A DNA stretch of 64,000 nt from Gammaproteobacteria bacterium (GCA_965222155.1 CBDCTH010000012.1:1184001-1248000), one strand, 5' to 3'; positions 1 to 11,255 are shown, numbered from the stretch's first letter. Notes: generated by a model not told the origin, from the letters alone. A program made the numbers and translations.

Positions 1-58
1 CGCTGCCGGAAATAATCGCCAAAGCGTAATGGAGAAGGCATACTGATATCTTACACAA

Positions 59-77
59 GTTGTAATTATTTTACAAC
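59..77. promoter_or_regulatory. Perfect inverted repeat GTTGTAA-N5-TTACAAC in AT-rich region upstream of the AbiE operon; candidate operator
   Basis: Palindrome read directly; AbiEi antitoxins are known to autorepress via inverted repeats, but this one lies ~165 bp upstream, so function is inferred. Confidence 0.3.
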
Positions 78-242
78 ATTTTCATATTCTTAAATTATAG
101 TTTATTTTAAACAACGATAAGGGTATGGTATGATTATTTATCATTTACTATTTGCATATGTAAATTTTTGGATAATATAAACTAAATAATCTATTTATTG
201 TTAATACCTGTATTAAGTATTTATTAGAAATATATTACAATT

Positions 243-1040
243 ATGTTTTATTTTTTTAGTGGACTCGAAACTAGGTTTTTCAGTTACATCCAGTTGCGTA
301 AACTGCAGACCGTCGAAATCGGAGAAATCGGACCGGAACTGGGATTAACTCCTGTCCAGGAACGCAAACTGCTAAGCCGACTATCTCGCCGAGGACTCAT
401 TACCAGAGTAAGACGGGGCCTATATCTGGTGCCTCCAACCATACCACCGGGCGGGAAGTGGAGTCCAGGTCAAGCGTTGGCATTATCCACATTAATGGAG
501 GATAAAAAAGGCCAATACCAATTATGTGGACCTAATGCCTTTTATCGGTACAGATGGACTGAACAAGTTCCGAACCGGTTATATGTTTATAATAACCGCC
601 TGTCAGGTGATCGAAAAATCGGGCCTGTTACCTTAACATTGATTAAGGTTGACGATAAGCGTCTTGGATCACTGGAAGCTGTAACAACTTCAGAGGGGAT
701 TGTTTTAAACTACTCCAGTAAAGCTCGTGCGCTAATGGACGCGGTCTATGATTGGTCGAGATTCAACAGTCTGCCTCGCGCCTATGAATGGATAGCCCGA
801 GAAATTGATGCCGACGATGCAATGCTGGCAGATTTGGTGGATGTTTGTATCAGTTATGGAAATCAAGGTACGATACGTCGGGTAGGAAAATTACTCTCTA
901 TGAAGGCGGTAAATAAACTATTATTGCGCAAGTTGGCAAAGCGAATAAATCAATCTTCTAGCCTGATCCCTTGGGTACCGTCAAAACCGAAAAAAGGACA
1001 AATTGATAAACGTTGGGGTGTGATTCTAAATAATGGATAG
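243..1040 (+). CDS. abiEi: Type IV TA antitoxin, AbiEi-like transcriptional regulator
   Basis: N-terminal wHTH-like LSRLSRRGLITRVRRGLYLVP motif; overlaps downstream nucleotidyltransferase gene; low GC. Confidence 0.8.
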   Translation: MFYFFSGLETRFFSYIQLRKLQTVEIGEIGPELGLTPVQERKLLSRLSRRGLITRVRRGLYLVPPTIPPGGKWSPGQALALSTLMEDKKGQYQLCGPNAFYRYRWTEQVPNRLYVYNNRLSGDRKIGPVTLTLIKVDDKRLGSLEAVTTSEGIVLNYSSKARALMDAVYDWSRFNSLPRAYEWIAREIDADDAMLADLVDVCISYGNQGTIRRVGKLLSMKAVNKLLLRKLAKRINQSSSLIPWVPSKPKKGQIDKRWGVILNNG

Positions 1041-1953
1041 CATTGATATTGGAAACAACATCCATGAAGATATAATCTGGCTCCGTAGTGCACTGAATTT
1101 TACAGAACAGCAAACAGGCTTTAGCGCCAGACTAATTGAAAAAGATTATTATTGTTCTTTGGTACTGCATGATTTAACAATACAAAAACAAAATTCACTC
1201 ATCTTCAAAGGCGGCACCTGCCTTTGTAAGGTTCATGGAGATTTCTATCGAATGAGTGAAGACCTGGATTTTCTTATTTCAACTGACGCGCATGCTACCC
1301 GGTCCAATCGTCGAAAATTGATTGAACCACTGAAACCACATTTCAGTGAAATACCTGGACGGTTATCCTGTTTTCAGATTAATGAGAAATTAATGGGTCA
1401 TAATAATTCTAAACAATATACTGGGAGCCTGTCATATCAGTCAGTTATTACAGGTGAACAAGCATACATAAAAATTGAAATCAGTTTGCGAGAGCCGGTA
1501 TTGAATTCGGTTCAAAACAAAGCTGCTCAGACATTACTCATTGACCCGTTTAGCGGAAGCCCTAAGTTTCAAGCAATTCCTGTAAACGTATTGTCTTATA
1601 ATGAGAGCTATGCCGAGAAGTTCCGATCCGCGTTGACACGTATAAATCCAGCGATTCGTGATATTTACGATATTGACGTTGCGATTCGATCAGGCAGCCT
1701 GAATGTAAACGACAGCACGTTTATTGATCTTATTCGTAAAAAATTAGATGTTCCAGAAGCTAATGCCATCGATATGTCAGAAGGTAGAATCAAAATTTTG
1801 AAGCGTCAGCTTGAGACAGAATTAAAGCCTGTTTTACGGAGTAATGATTATGCAAGTTTCAGTATTGACAGGGCGGTAGCAATAATTATCGATGTAATGA
1901 ATAGATTATATTTCACTCCGGAAACAGACCATTATGGTCCTCATCCAGCCTAA
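1033..1953 (+). CDS. abiEii: Type IV TA toxin, AbiEii/AbiGii-family nucleotidyltransferase
   Basis: IEKDY, FKGGT...YRMSEDLDF, AEKFRS and RDIYDI motifs typical of the family. Confidence 0.9.
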   Translation: MDSIDIGNNIHEDIIWLRSALNFTEQQTGFSARLIEKDYYCSLVLHDLTIQKQNSLIFKGGTCLCKVHGDFYRMSEDLDFLISTDAHATRSNRRKLIEPLKPHFSEIPGRLSCFQINEKLMGHNNSKQYTGSLSYQSVITGEQAYIKIEISLREPVLNSVQNKAAQTLLIDPFSGSPKFQAIPVNVLSYNESYAEKFRSALTRINPAIRDIYDIDVAIRSGSLNVNDSTFIDLIRKKLDVPEANAIDMSEGRIKILKRQLETELKPVLRSNDYASFSIDRAVAIIIDVMNRLYFTPETDHYGPHPA

Positions 1954-1961
1954 CAAAAGCC

Positions 1962-2225
1962 CTACAAATCCAGAACTAACATATCACTCTTGGAGCGTGA
2001 ACAGCACAGGGTCATCTGGTCGTTGGCCGCCTTCTCTTCATCGGTTTGAAATACATCGTTGTGCTCTGGTTCTCCCTCCAGAACTCCCGTCAGGCAAGTG
2101 CCACAGATGCCCTGCTCGCAGGACACAGGGATGATGATCCCCTGTTCGCCCAGGGCATCAACTATCCTGACACCGTCTTCGACTGTGATCACTTCGCCAC
2201 TGCTTGCAATCTTTACCTTGAACAT
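1962..2225 (-). CDS. Stand-alone 2Fe-2S ferredoxin resembling the C-terminal domain of VanB/PDR reductases
   Basis: SCEQGICGTC...MTLCCSRSKSDMLVLDL plant-type 2Fe-2S motif, 87 aa. Confidence 0.85.
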   Translation of the reverse strand: MFKVKIASSGEVITVEDGVRIVDALGEQGIIIPVSCEQGICGTCLTGVLEGEPEHNDVFQTDEEKAANDQMTLCCSRSKSDMLVLDL

Positions 2226-2308
2226 TTGAGCTATTACCTATCACAGACTGAATTGAGTTGAGTCGAGCCGGTCGAAATCATCCAAGAATCTTTATCCGGG
2301 CTATAGCA

Positions 2309-2472
2309 GCTCCCGCTAACTCTCCGGATGGAGGGCATCCTGCCCTCGTAGAGGGCGAGACGCCCTCCCTCCCAGGGAAACATGCCCCTTGGGAACTTGG
2401 GGGACAGATTTAAATCTGTCCCCTGTCCGAATCCGGCAAACATCACTGTATTGACCTCAATTTAGCGGGAGC
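2309..2472. repeat. MITE-like element family B, copy 1 (~165 bp)
   Basis: Ends GCTCCCGCTAA/TTAGCGGGAGC; internal GAGGGCATCCTGCCCTC and GGGGACAGATTTAAATCTGTCCCC palindromes; similar copies at 31138 and 52683. Confidence 0.85.
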
Positions 2473-2500
2473 GCCTGTCCTGGCTAAGTATAACTGATTG

Positions 2501-5500
2501 TTATTCCGGAGCAAATACCATTTCAGGCACGACGATCTCCCAAGCGTCACACTTGATGCTGTCCTGGTACTGAGGTTCTGATAGTTCGCGAGTACGCGTG
2601 ACGACAGCCAACACCTTGGCTGACAGACAGATCATTCCCTGCGCGGCTGCGTAACTACCGGCAAGGCGCCCCACTCTGTTCCCGTTCCTGTCAAACAGCT
2701 CCCACCGTTCCTGCCCATTCAAGTGAGCATCAAGCGGATCCCCGGGAACGAGTGCAGATATATCCTTGTGCACTCGATGGCGTATGTGAAAACGTCCCGC
2801 AAAGCCTAAATCAATCTCTCTCAGACTGAGTCGCCGATAAACGTAGTTGAGTTCAGGAACGGGCAGCGGCAGTCTAACGGGATCACGATGCATAACGGAG
2901 GGACATTCATCCAATATGCGCGTGACGTGAACTCCCTTGTCATGGGCGTCATCAAAGCGTGACAATGTAAGCGTCTGTCGCGCCCGCGTCATTGCCACGT
3001 AATATAATCTGCGCGGCGCGTCCCTGTCTTCATTGCGACTGATCCTGTCCCAACCCCCATCCAGCACGACAGCGTGGTTGAGCTCAAGACCTTTGGCGCG
3101 ATGCGCAGTCAACAAGAGAAGTCCATTTTGCCGACGACGGACTTCCCTCCCCCACTCGGCAAGCCATTCGATAAAGTGATCTGCCGGCGCCTCCAATGCG
3201 CCGGTTTCCAGTACGTACTCATCCACTGCTTCCCGTAACAGTTCTACCCAAGGCCCTTCTTGTTGGGCATCAATCTGGCTATACATTTCAGAAGTCTTTA
3301 CCAGACTATTCTCTCTGAGCCAGCGCAACAATGCCTGGGTTTCCCGCAGGCGCCAGAAACCCGGGGGTTCTTCGTTCCCCACCTGCACGGGAATATCATG
3401 GTGTTCACAGAACCCGTGCACCGGATCCAGGTATTTCCACTCACGGGCAATTACCGCGCAGGCTGACCAATCCCAATCCTCAGTGAGCGTGGACAGACGT
3501 TGCAGTTCCAGCATGATCGCTTGCGCCTGGGACACCGGATTTGGCCCTGCCGGTAGTACCTGTACCTTCCCTCGGGTTACCGGGTCTTGTTTGCTCCAGA
3601 TGCCGCCACTGGGTTCTTTTGTCCGGGCCACGTTAATTGTGATGGGGTGTCCTGCTTTCATGCGCTGCCGTGCCGGCTCTATTAACGCATTGGCCGCGTT
3701 GATAATGTGGGTGGTGGAGCGATAGTTTTCAGTGAGATAGACGGGCTTGGCCCCATAGTCGGATTCGAAACGGCGGATAAACTTCACCGAAGCGTCCTTG
3801 AAGGCGTAGATGTTCTGGTCATCATCGCCTACAGCGAACAAGGTCAGCTTGTCATCCTCATTCGGCAGCGTTCGGCCCGCCAGGGCGGAGATCAGCCCAT
3901 ATTCTTCCTGGCCGACGTCCTGGTATTCATCCACCAGGATCCAACGGAAACCGGCAAGCAGCCGTTGCCGCTGTTCGCTTGCATCCTCCGCTGTCAACCC
4001 ATCTCCACGCAACAATGCCACCGCATCCTGCATGAGGACACGAAAAGCATCTTCATCAGGGATATCAGGACGCTCACTAAAACTGGCGCCGACCAGGCGC
4101 ATTGCAAGACCGTGACAGGTCAGCACCATCACACCTCGGGCATCATTGCCGACCAGACCCGCAAGCCGGCGCCGGATCTCGACTGCCGCATGGCGGTTGT
4201 AAGCCAGGGCCAGTATTCCGCGCGGGTTCTCACGTCTTACCCGCAACAGGTACGCGATGCGATGCACCAGCACCCGCGTCTTGCCCGAACCGGGACCGGC
4301 CAGCACCAGCACATTTGTCTGCTCTCGATCGTCGGCTACGATGCGTTGCTGAATGGGACTCTTCAGACTTTCAACGATGTTGTGCCACGATTCCGGCGTG
4401 GTCTGCCGGGAAATTTCCTTGTCTCGGTCCGGTAACCAGCGTTGCAGGAAGTCCTCCTGGTTCAGGCTGAAGTAGTCCATGGCCAGGCGCAACGCGTCGA
4501 CCATGGTTTTCAGTCCACGCCGCGCGTATTCCTTCATCACGTGAATCTGCACGACCTGTTCCTTGTAATGGAGTCCGAGCGGCGCGAAGTCGGTATTGGC
4601 AAAGCCGCGCCGGTCCCGGTTCAAACGGATGGTCATGGCCGGGCGGAATACTGCCAAACCCTTGTTTAGGCGGATGACTTCCTGCTCGTGCAGCCACAAC
4701 AGGGCGCGTTCCAACAGTTTGTCGGGTTTCCTGACGTCGCGGCTCAGCACCAGGTCGGATTGGATGGCCTCCAACAGCTTGCCAAGCGTTGTCTCGGCAA
4801 GCAGGTCCGTGCCTCGACTCCCGGACGGCAGGCTTGCGAGCAAGTGCTCCAGCAAACAACCGGCGGCCGCACGGCGTAACTCGGCGGTCTTCTCCAACGC
4901 TGTCCATTCGCGTTGCAGTGTCACCCGCACCGTCTCTGCATCCAACTTGCGCAACCCCAGGCTGCCTCCACCGCTGCCCTCGCCGCGGCCATCGGAGGCG
5001 AGACTGCGGAGGATGCGCCACAATCGTTCCGGCAGCGCATGATGGTGACCGGCGTCTTTGAGTTGTTGATTGGCCCTGCGCAGGTGAAGCAATGATGTTT
5101 CACCCTTGCCAAGATCAGGCGCCGCCTGTCGTAGATGCTCAATTAGGGAGCGCTCCAGTTCCGCCGCTTCTTCGAGACGTTTCTTCGATGCGCGCGTCAC
5201 TCCCATATGTACGAAGGCGGTCAGCGCCGTGTCGTTGCTGGCGATATCGAACCGCTCCAAATCGTATAATGCGCTGTGCATACGCTTTTCGCGCTCAGGC
5301 CCGCCGCGCCCATCAGCTCGTCGGTGGAGATGCCCTCGTCCGCGTCCGCCTCGATCAATGTCTCGACAATATCCAGCAACTGGCGGCGATAGTCATCCCG
5401 GATGGACGCTTTTTTGAGTTTGGCACGAGCCTCCTCTACCGAGTTCACCCGGAGGGAGGACGGAAACACCTGTACCCGATTCTCTTCCCGGGTCAGCAAC

Positions 5501-7647
5501 ACCGCCTCCTCCAACCAGGCGATGGCGGTGCGTACCCGAGTATCATCGGTTGCGGAATCCCTCTTGAACACTTCGTCTTCGTCCTCGCCCAGGATCTCGC
5601 CGGCGGTGGCCACGACCTCGCCGTCCGTGCTCTTTTTTCGGTCCAGGCGGCGTAACGCCCTCAGGATCCCGTGGATTTCCCGCCGGGTGAGCCGCGAACG
5701 TCTCGACAACCTGAACTGTTGCTCCACGTCGTCCGGCGTGTAAAACAACACGCAGCGCGCTACCTGCCGGTCACGTCCGGCGCGGCCCGCCTCCTGCAGG
5801 TAGTTCTCCAGTGAACCGGGGATGTCGGCATGCACCACCAGTCGCACGTCCGGCTTGTCGATACCCATCCCGAAAGCATTGGTAGCCACGATCACTCGCG
5901 ACGCTCCACCGATGAAACGCTGCTGCACGTTCTTCTTGCTCTCTGGTTGCAAACCGGCGTGAAAGTAGTCCGCGCTGATCTCCTTGGCGTTAAGAAACTC
6001 AGCAATATCTTCGGTCTGCCGGCGTCTCGCGCAATAGACGATGGCGCCGCCGGACTCTTCCCCTGACAAACAGTCGCTTACTACCTGGTGAATATGGAAA
6101 AACTTCTCACCTCCGGTCGTAGGGATCACATCAAACTCCAGATTGGCGCGCTGCGCGCCACCATCAAAGACCTTCATCTTGATATCGAGCCGGTCCTGCA
6201 AGTGTCGCAGGATGTCTACCACCACGTCAGGCTTGGCGGTGGCGGTCAGACATAACACCGGCGGCACCGGCTGCTGCCCCGCCTTCTCGCGGATAAACCG
6301 CGCCACGTAGCGGTAATCGGGGCGGAAGTCGTGTCCCCACTTTGAAATACAATGGGCCTCGTCCAGCACCCAGGCGCCGATCTCCCGTTGTTCCAGTACC
6401 CGGCGCACGGAACGATTGCGGAGTTGCTCCGGCGAGATGAGGAGGATGCCAGCGTCCCCAAGGCGTACCTGGTCCAACGCATCGGCCCGCTCGGGCAGGG
6501 ACAGCAATCCATTGATCGCCACGCAGGAACCGATCCCGTTCGCCTCCAGACCCGCCACCTGGTCAGACATGAGCGCCACCAGGGGTGAGATCACCACCGT
6601 GAGGGCGCCAGTCTTGTCATAGCGTGACAGGGCCGGAATCTGGTAACAAAGCGACTTGCCGGTGCCCGTGGGCAGAATCCCCAGGACGTGCTCCCGCGCC
6701 ATCGCCGTCTCGACGATGGACTGCTGCATGGGTTGCCCGTCCTCGTCTTCCGGCTCCAGCCGGAAGTCAGTGAACCCGAACCAGCGCTTGAGTTCTTTTT
6801 TCGCATCGTGTCTTTCCCGGCACCAGCCGCAGGCAGGGTCGGTACACATGGTATCCCGCAACCGACGTACCAACAGACCCGTCTCGGGGAACTGGTGGCG
6901 AACCCAGGGCGGCATGACCGAATTTCCTCCGGACACCGATAACCAGGCGAGTGCATAAGCCAACGCCCATTTGTACCGCTGAGCATCCGCAATGAGCTTG
7001 CGGTTATAGGTGATACAGCCTTTCTCCTCCAACTGTCTGCGCAACGCCGCTCTGGCTTCCGCATCGGAAGGCAGGGTTGTCCGCCGCAAACCGGAGAAAA
7101 AAGCATCGAAGCCGGCTCCGTTGCCCGCCGAAACACTCAACCAGTGCCAGACGGTCAACAGGTCCGGTGCGGCATTCCGTAACGCCTGGCGCTGGTCAGC
7201 AAAGAGTTGCAGTGTGAGTTGGGAATCCAGGTACGGATCATTCAGCTGTCCCCCCTTAAGCTGTCCGTCCTGGTAATGTTTCACCAGGTGGTGGTAGGGA
7301 TTGCGAGGAAACGCCAGGGGATTCAAGCGTAGGGTATCCACCGGCGGCAACTTCAGCAGTTGTAGTTCAGGTTTTGCGGTGCGCAGGTGGAGCAGGTCGA
7401 AATCGATCAGGTTATGGCCCAACAAAAATGCCGCCCCGGTGGCCAACTCGTCCAGCTTTGATAATGCCTCTGTCAGGTCGCCACGCTTAAGATCCTGGGG
7501 GAAAACCAGGGATTGATTAGTGTCCGAACGCACTGCGGCGAAGGCGTGGATACGCCCGTCCCGCACACCAACCTCAAGGTCCAGCGAAAGACAGCGAGGC
7601 GCAAAGCCTCCACTTTCATTCAGCGCTCGGGACACTCCGTTCTCCAA
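2501..7647 (-). pseudogene. Giant RecQ-family helicase fused to N-terminal DEDD-like exonuclease and C-terminal UvrD/Rep helicase; frameshifted near 5283 (ORFs 5221-7647 and 2501-5281)
   Basis: LDLEV/GHNLIDFD; RecQ motifs LPTGTGKSLCYQIPA, LDEAHCISKWGHDFRPDY, ATNAFGMGIDKPDVR, QEAGRAGRD; UvrD motifs AGPGSGKT, LVDEYQD, VGDDDQNIY, ENYRS, TAHRAKGLE, YVAMTRAR; the frames join if 2 nt are removed from AGC-GTATGCAC. Confidence 0.88.
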
Positions 7648-7874
7648 AAAAGGATAAAAATTTCATAATCGGAATTATCAAAATTCCTTGGGGAAAAAAC
7701 CGATATTATTTATAATAATCGGTGATTAATCCTTGGATGAGGGAATAGCTTATTGATTTTACAGGTAAAGTAAAGAATGGATTTATAATTTTTGAGATTT
7801 AAATATTCATGGAAAGTATCAAACCAATAATCTGCGTCCTGATTTTTTATTGGTGAGTAAGGATGTTTGTTCAA

Positions 7875-7902
7875 CTGGATTCCGGCATCCGCCGGAATGA
7901 CG
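7875..7902. repeat. Family A REP-like palindrome (CGTCATTCCGGC-N4-GCCGGAATCCAG type)
   Basis: CTGGATTCCGGCATCCGCCGGAATGACG; >10 relatives in window. Confidence 0.85.
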
Positions 7903-7942
7903 AGTAAGGTAACCAACAAAACAAAATTGGGGGGATGTTCAA

Positions 7943-9067
7943 GTGGCCAAACCATTTCTGAAAAACGCCTGGTATGTTGCGGCATGGAGCTACGAAGTGA
8001 AGAAGGAACTGTTCGAACGCACTATCATCGGCGAGTCCATCCTGTTCTACCGTAAGGAAAACAACCAGGCAGTCGCCATCAATAACACCTGCCCACACCG
8101 CTATTCGCCGTTGCACATGGGCGTATTGCTGGGAGACGTGGTGGAATGCGCTTATCACGGACTGCGCTACGACAGTAGCGGACGCTGTGTACACAACCCC
8201 CATGGAGACGGCAAAATCCCGGAAAAGATGTGCACGAGGGCTTATCCGCTCGAAGAAACCCATAATATGTTATGGATCTGGATGGGCGACCCGGCACTGG
8301 CCGACCCTGCCACCATCCCTGATTTCAGTTGCCACACCGACCCCAATTATCCTTCCGTCGAGGGCGTGATTGAGATGCACGGCAACCATGAATTGATTAC
8401 CGACAACCTGATGGACCTGTCCCACGTCGAGTTCCTGCATAAAGGCATACTGGGCAGTGACGCCATCAAGCGCGGGCAGCACGAACTCCTGCAGGACGGC
8501 ACTACCGTCTGGTCGAATCGCTGGTGCCCGGACGGACTGGCGCCCCCAGCCTGGGACCACATGTTCAACGACTACGGCAAACCGGTGGATCACTGGCTGT
8601 ACATGCGCTGGGACGCCCCTTCTCACATGTTGCTGGACGTGGGGATTACACCCGCCGGCAGACCGAGAAACGAAGGTATCTGGATGTACGGAACAGATAT
8701 CCTCACACCGAAAAACGAGACATCCACCTATTACTACTGGGGCGTTGCCCGATCCCATGACAAGGATAGCGCCGAGATGGATAAAATCTGGACCACTGCC
8801 ATAGAAATGGCGTTCGGGACCCAGGATAAACCCATGATTGAGGCCCAGCAGAACATGCTGGAATCACTGGACGCCGTGGACCTCGATGAAGTTGACCCGG
8901 TGCTGCTGCCCATGGACAGCGCCACGGTCCGCTGCCGCCGCGTCCTGGAGCGGCTGCGCCGGGAAGATGGCGTCAAGTTGCCCGATCCCCGTAACCCGGC
9001 CCTGACAGACCTGATCCGGAAAGCGGAGGCCGAAGAATATAACGGCAGGATAGTCCCGGTGGTATAA
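7943..9067 (+). CDS. Rieske non-heme iron oxygenase, VanA/DdmC-like O- or N-dealkylase alpha subunit
   Basis: NAWYVAAW, Rieske CPHR...CAYHG, mononuclear Fe motif DNLMDLSHVEFLH, QDKPMIEAQQ; GTG start. Confidence 0.9.
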   Translation: MAKPFLKNAWYVAAWSYEVKKELFERTIIGESILFYRKENNQAVAINNTCPHRYSPLHMGVLLGDVVECAYHGLRYDSSGRCVHNPHGDGKIPEKMCTRAYPLEETHNMLWIWMGDPALADPATIPDFSCHTDPNYPSVEGVIEMHGNHELITDNLMDLSHVEFLHKGILGSDAIKRGQHELLQDGTTVWSNRWCPDGLAPPAWDHMFNDYGKPVDHWLYMRWDAPSHMLLDVGITPAGRPRNEGIWMYGTDILTPKNETSTYYYWGVARSHDKDSAEMDKIWTTAIEMAFGTQDKPMIEAQQNMLESLDAVDLDEVDPVLLPMDSATVRCRRVLERLRREDGVKLPDPRNPALTDLIRKAEAEEYNGRIVPVV

Positions 9068-9078
9068 CTTAAAATTTA

Positions 9079-9150
9079 GGGTCAGAGTAAAAATACTCAA
9101 CAACAAGCCACTACCACTTGCCAAACTGATTGTATTTTTACTCTGACCCC
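9079..9150. repeat. Family C hairpin element (GGGTCAGAGTAAAAATAC...TTTTTACTCTGACCCC), copy 1
   Basis: Inverted ends; near-identical 72-bp copy at 16557-16628. Confidence 0.85.
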
Positions 9151-9495
9151 AAATATCACCCCAAACTCTCATGAGCAGGTCTTTGCACACCCCGACGGCA
9201 TGTAACTAAAACTCTGGAGATGCAGTGTTATCCACAGCCTCCTCAGAGTGACTACTGTCCCGTCCTGATGTAGTCTGCTTAGCACATCGTCCACGCTAGC
9301 GCGTAAGCCCAACCCGGCTACAGGCCCTATGGCGAGGCCGCCTGAAAGACCAGAATGGGTATCCCTGTGGCGTGTCCTTTCCAGTCGGTCAGACCTTGTT
9401 AAGACCGAATGTGTTCGCGTGGCCTGATGCTTAGAACGTCCAAAAATAGTTACACAGCAAAGACGATTCCTTAAAATGAAATGAAAGCTTATCCA

Positions 9496-9676
9496 CTGGA
9501 TTCCGGCAGGCGCCGGAATGACGATAGGGGGGGCGGCAGGCGCCGGAATGACGATGGGGGGGGCCGGCAGGCGCCGGAATGACGATGGGGGGGGCCGGCA
9601 GGCGCCGGAATGACGATGGGGGGGGCCGGCAGGCGCCGGAATGACGATGGGGGGGCCGGCATACGCCGGAATGACG
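9496..9676. repeat. Tandem array of six family A REP-like units separated by G runs
   Basis: Six copies of CGGCA(GG/TA)CGCCGGAATGACGAT plus G-rich linker, period 30-31 nt. Confidence 0.9.
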
Positions 9677-9713
9677 ATAGCCTGAGTATTTTTACACAGC
9701 AAATATCTGCGGC

Positions 9714-11255
9714 TTACTCGCTGAATGCGGGTTTTATCTCTGTTTTTGGAGTCCAGTCCGGACCGTAGAGTCTTTTGAATTTTTCCGGCCGGTCCACTGA
9801 TCCCTTGGCGCCGCCGCCCTGCCATAGATCGTATTTTTCGTCGGAATATTCATCAAAGAATTCCGTAAGCCTTGTATCCAGATCTGTGACGATCTCCCGG
9901 TATGCCGGATCATCATAAACATTCCGGTTTTGTTCAGGGTCTTTTTTGACATCGTACAATGCCGGTTCGCCCGTAGAGTTCAGCCGTTTCCAGTAGGCGT
10001 GAACATCGGTTCGAATGACACGGGTCTCTTCCTGTTCGTAGAATACCGCGTCATTCCACCTGCCGGTTTCGCCCGTTAATGCGAACCTGAAGCTTTTGCC
10101 GGGACTGTTTTCCAGGCTCACATCGCCCATGCCGGCATAATCCAGGATCGTCACCGGGATATCGTACTGGCCTATCAGCAGGTCGCTGGTCCGGCCCGCC
10201 TCGATTTTGTCCGGGTGCCTGATAATCAACGGGATATTCATGGCTGTTTCATACATACTCGATGGCGTCGTTACTATAGTATGTTGCCAGATACCATGCT
10301 GCCCGTAGAAGTTGCCCTGGTCGCTGGAAAATATCACCAGGGTGTTCTTTTCCAGCCCTTTCTCCCTCAACGCGGCAAGCACCCTGCCTACGCCGTCATC
10401 CACCAGGCTGTTCTGGGAAGCGACATTGGCCATGGTTGCCGGATCATTGTGCATGGCCAGTCCTTCACGCAGTTTGTCCCGAAGAAACGGACTGGTGTCT
10501 CCGTCAAGCAACTGCTCCACCAGGTTTTCGTTATAGGCCGTTCGTGGAAAAGACTTGAATTCCCTGCCCACGTAGTCCCGGTAGAACCTGTTCCTGGCAG
10601 GCCCGTAGTTTGTGGGCGGATTGGTATAGGGGCCATCGTAATTCAATTGCAGGTAAAAAGGCTCTTCTCCCGAGTAATCCTGCAAATATTCAACTGCCTT
10701 ATCCGTGAAAAAATCAACAATATGGCGGTTTTTCACCTCATAGGTTCTGTCGTTATCGATGATGGTGTTATCCCAGAAATCGATCGTGTGACCGTAAGGA
10801 AACGTGACCCAGTATTGATAGCCGATGGATGCCTTCCAGGGTTGGCCCAAATGCCACTTCCCGATCATGGCGGTCTGGTAACCGCGGTTTCTCAGCGTAA
10901 GCGGCAGCGTACGATACTCTGCCACGGCAGACCAGTTTTCCGGCCATTGATTCAACAGTTCATCATCCAGCCAACTGTGTATACCGTGCTGTGAGGGCAT
11001 CAATCCGGTCATCAGGGTCGCCCGGGTAGGTGAGCACATGCCGTTAACGGCGTATGCCCGGGTGAACTTCATACCTTCCCTGGCAAGCCGATCGATATGG
11101 GGAGTCCTGATATCCGGGTTGCCGTACGCGCCCAATAGAGAAGCAGCCTGGTTATCGGTCAGGATAAATAATATATTCGGCCGTTGCTCATCGGCACAGG
11201 CAATTTCAACCAACATAACTAATGCAACAAGACGAAACAGGAGTGACGTTTTCAT
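9714..11255 (-). CDS. Secreted sulfatase (formylglycine-dependent)
   Basis: Signal peptide MKTSLLFRLVALVMLVEIACA; RPNILFILTD, CSPTRATLMTG, GKWHLG; start chosen at ATG 11255. Confidence 0.9.
   Translation of the reverse strand: MKTSLLFRLVALVMLVEIACADEQRPNILFILTDNQAASLLGAYGNPDIRTPHIDRLAREGMKFTRAYAVNGMCSPTRATLMTGLMPSQHGIHSWLDDELLNQWPENWSAVAEYRTLPLTLRNRGYQTAMIGKWHLGQPWKASIGYQYWVTFPYGHTIDFWDNTIIDNDRTYEVKNRHIVDFFTDKAVEYLQDYSGEEPFYLQLNYDGPYTNPPTNYGPARNRFYRDYVGREFKSFPRTAYNENLVEQLLDGDTSPFLRDKLREGLAMHNDPATMANVASQNSLVDDGVGRVLAALREKGLEKNTLVIFSSDQGNFYGQHGIWQHTIVTTPSSMYETAMNIPLIIRHPDKIEAGRTSDLLIGQYDIPVTILDYAGMGDVSLENSPGKSFRFALTGETGRWNDAVFYEQEETRVIRTDVHAYWKRLNSTGEPALYDVKKDPEQNRNVYDDPAYREIVTDLDTRLTEFFDEYSDEKYDLWQGGGAKGSVDRPEKFKRLYGPDWTPKTEIKPAFSE

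Noticed and set aside
2234-2446. Small ORFs containing GTDLNLSP / LGDRFKSVP (also 31103-31465, 31179-31379, 52573-52821)
   Set aside because: Translations of family B repeats, not a protein family
9496-9676. Possible CRISPR array (also 39672-39805)
   Set aside because: Linkers are short, near-identical G/C runs rather than unique spacers; no cas genes; the unit is a dispersed REP-like palindrome
9169-9825. 218-aa ORF with PPIVIPAPAG repeats
   Set aside because: Translation through the REP array; overlaps the sulfatase end; no start context
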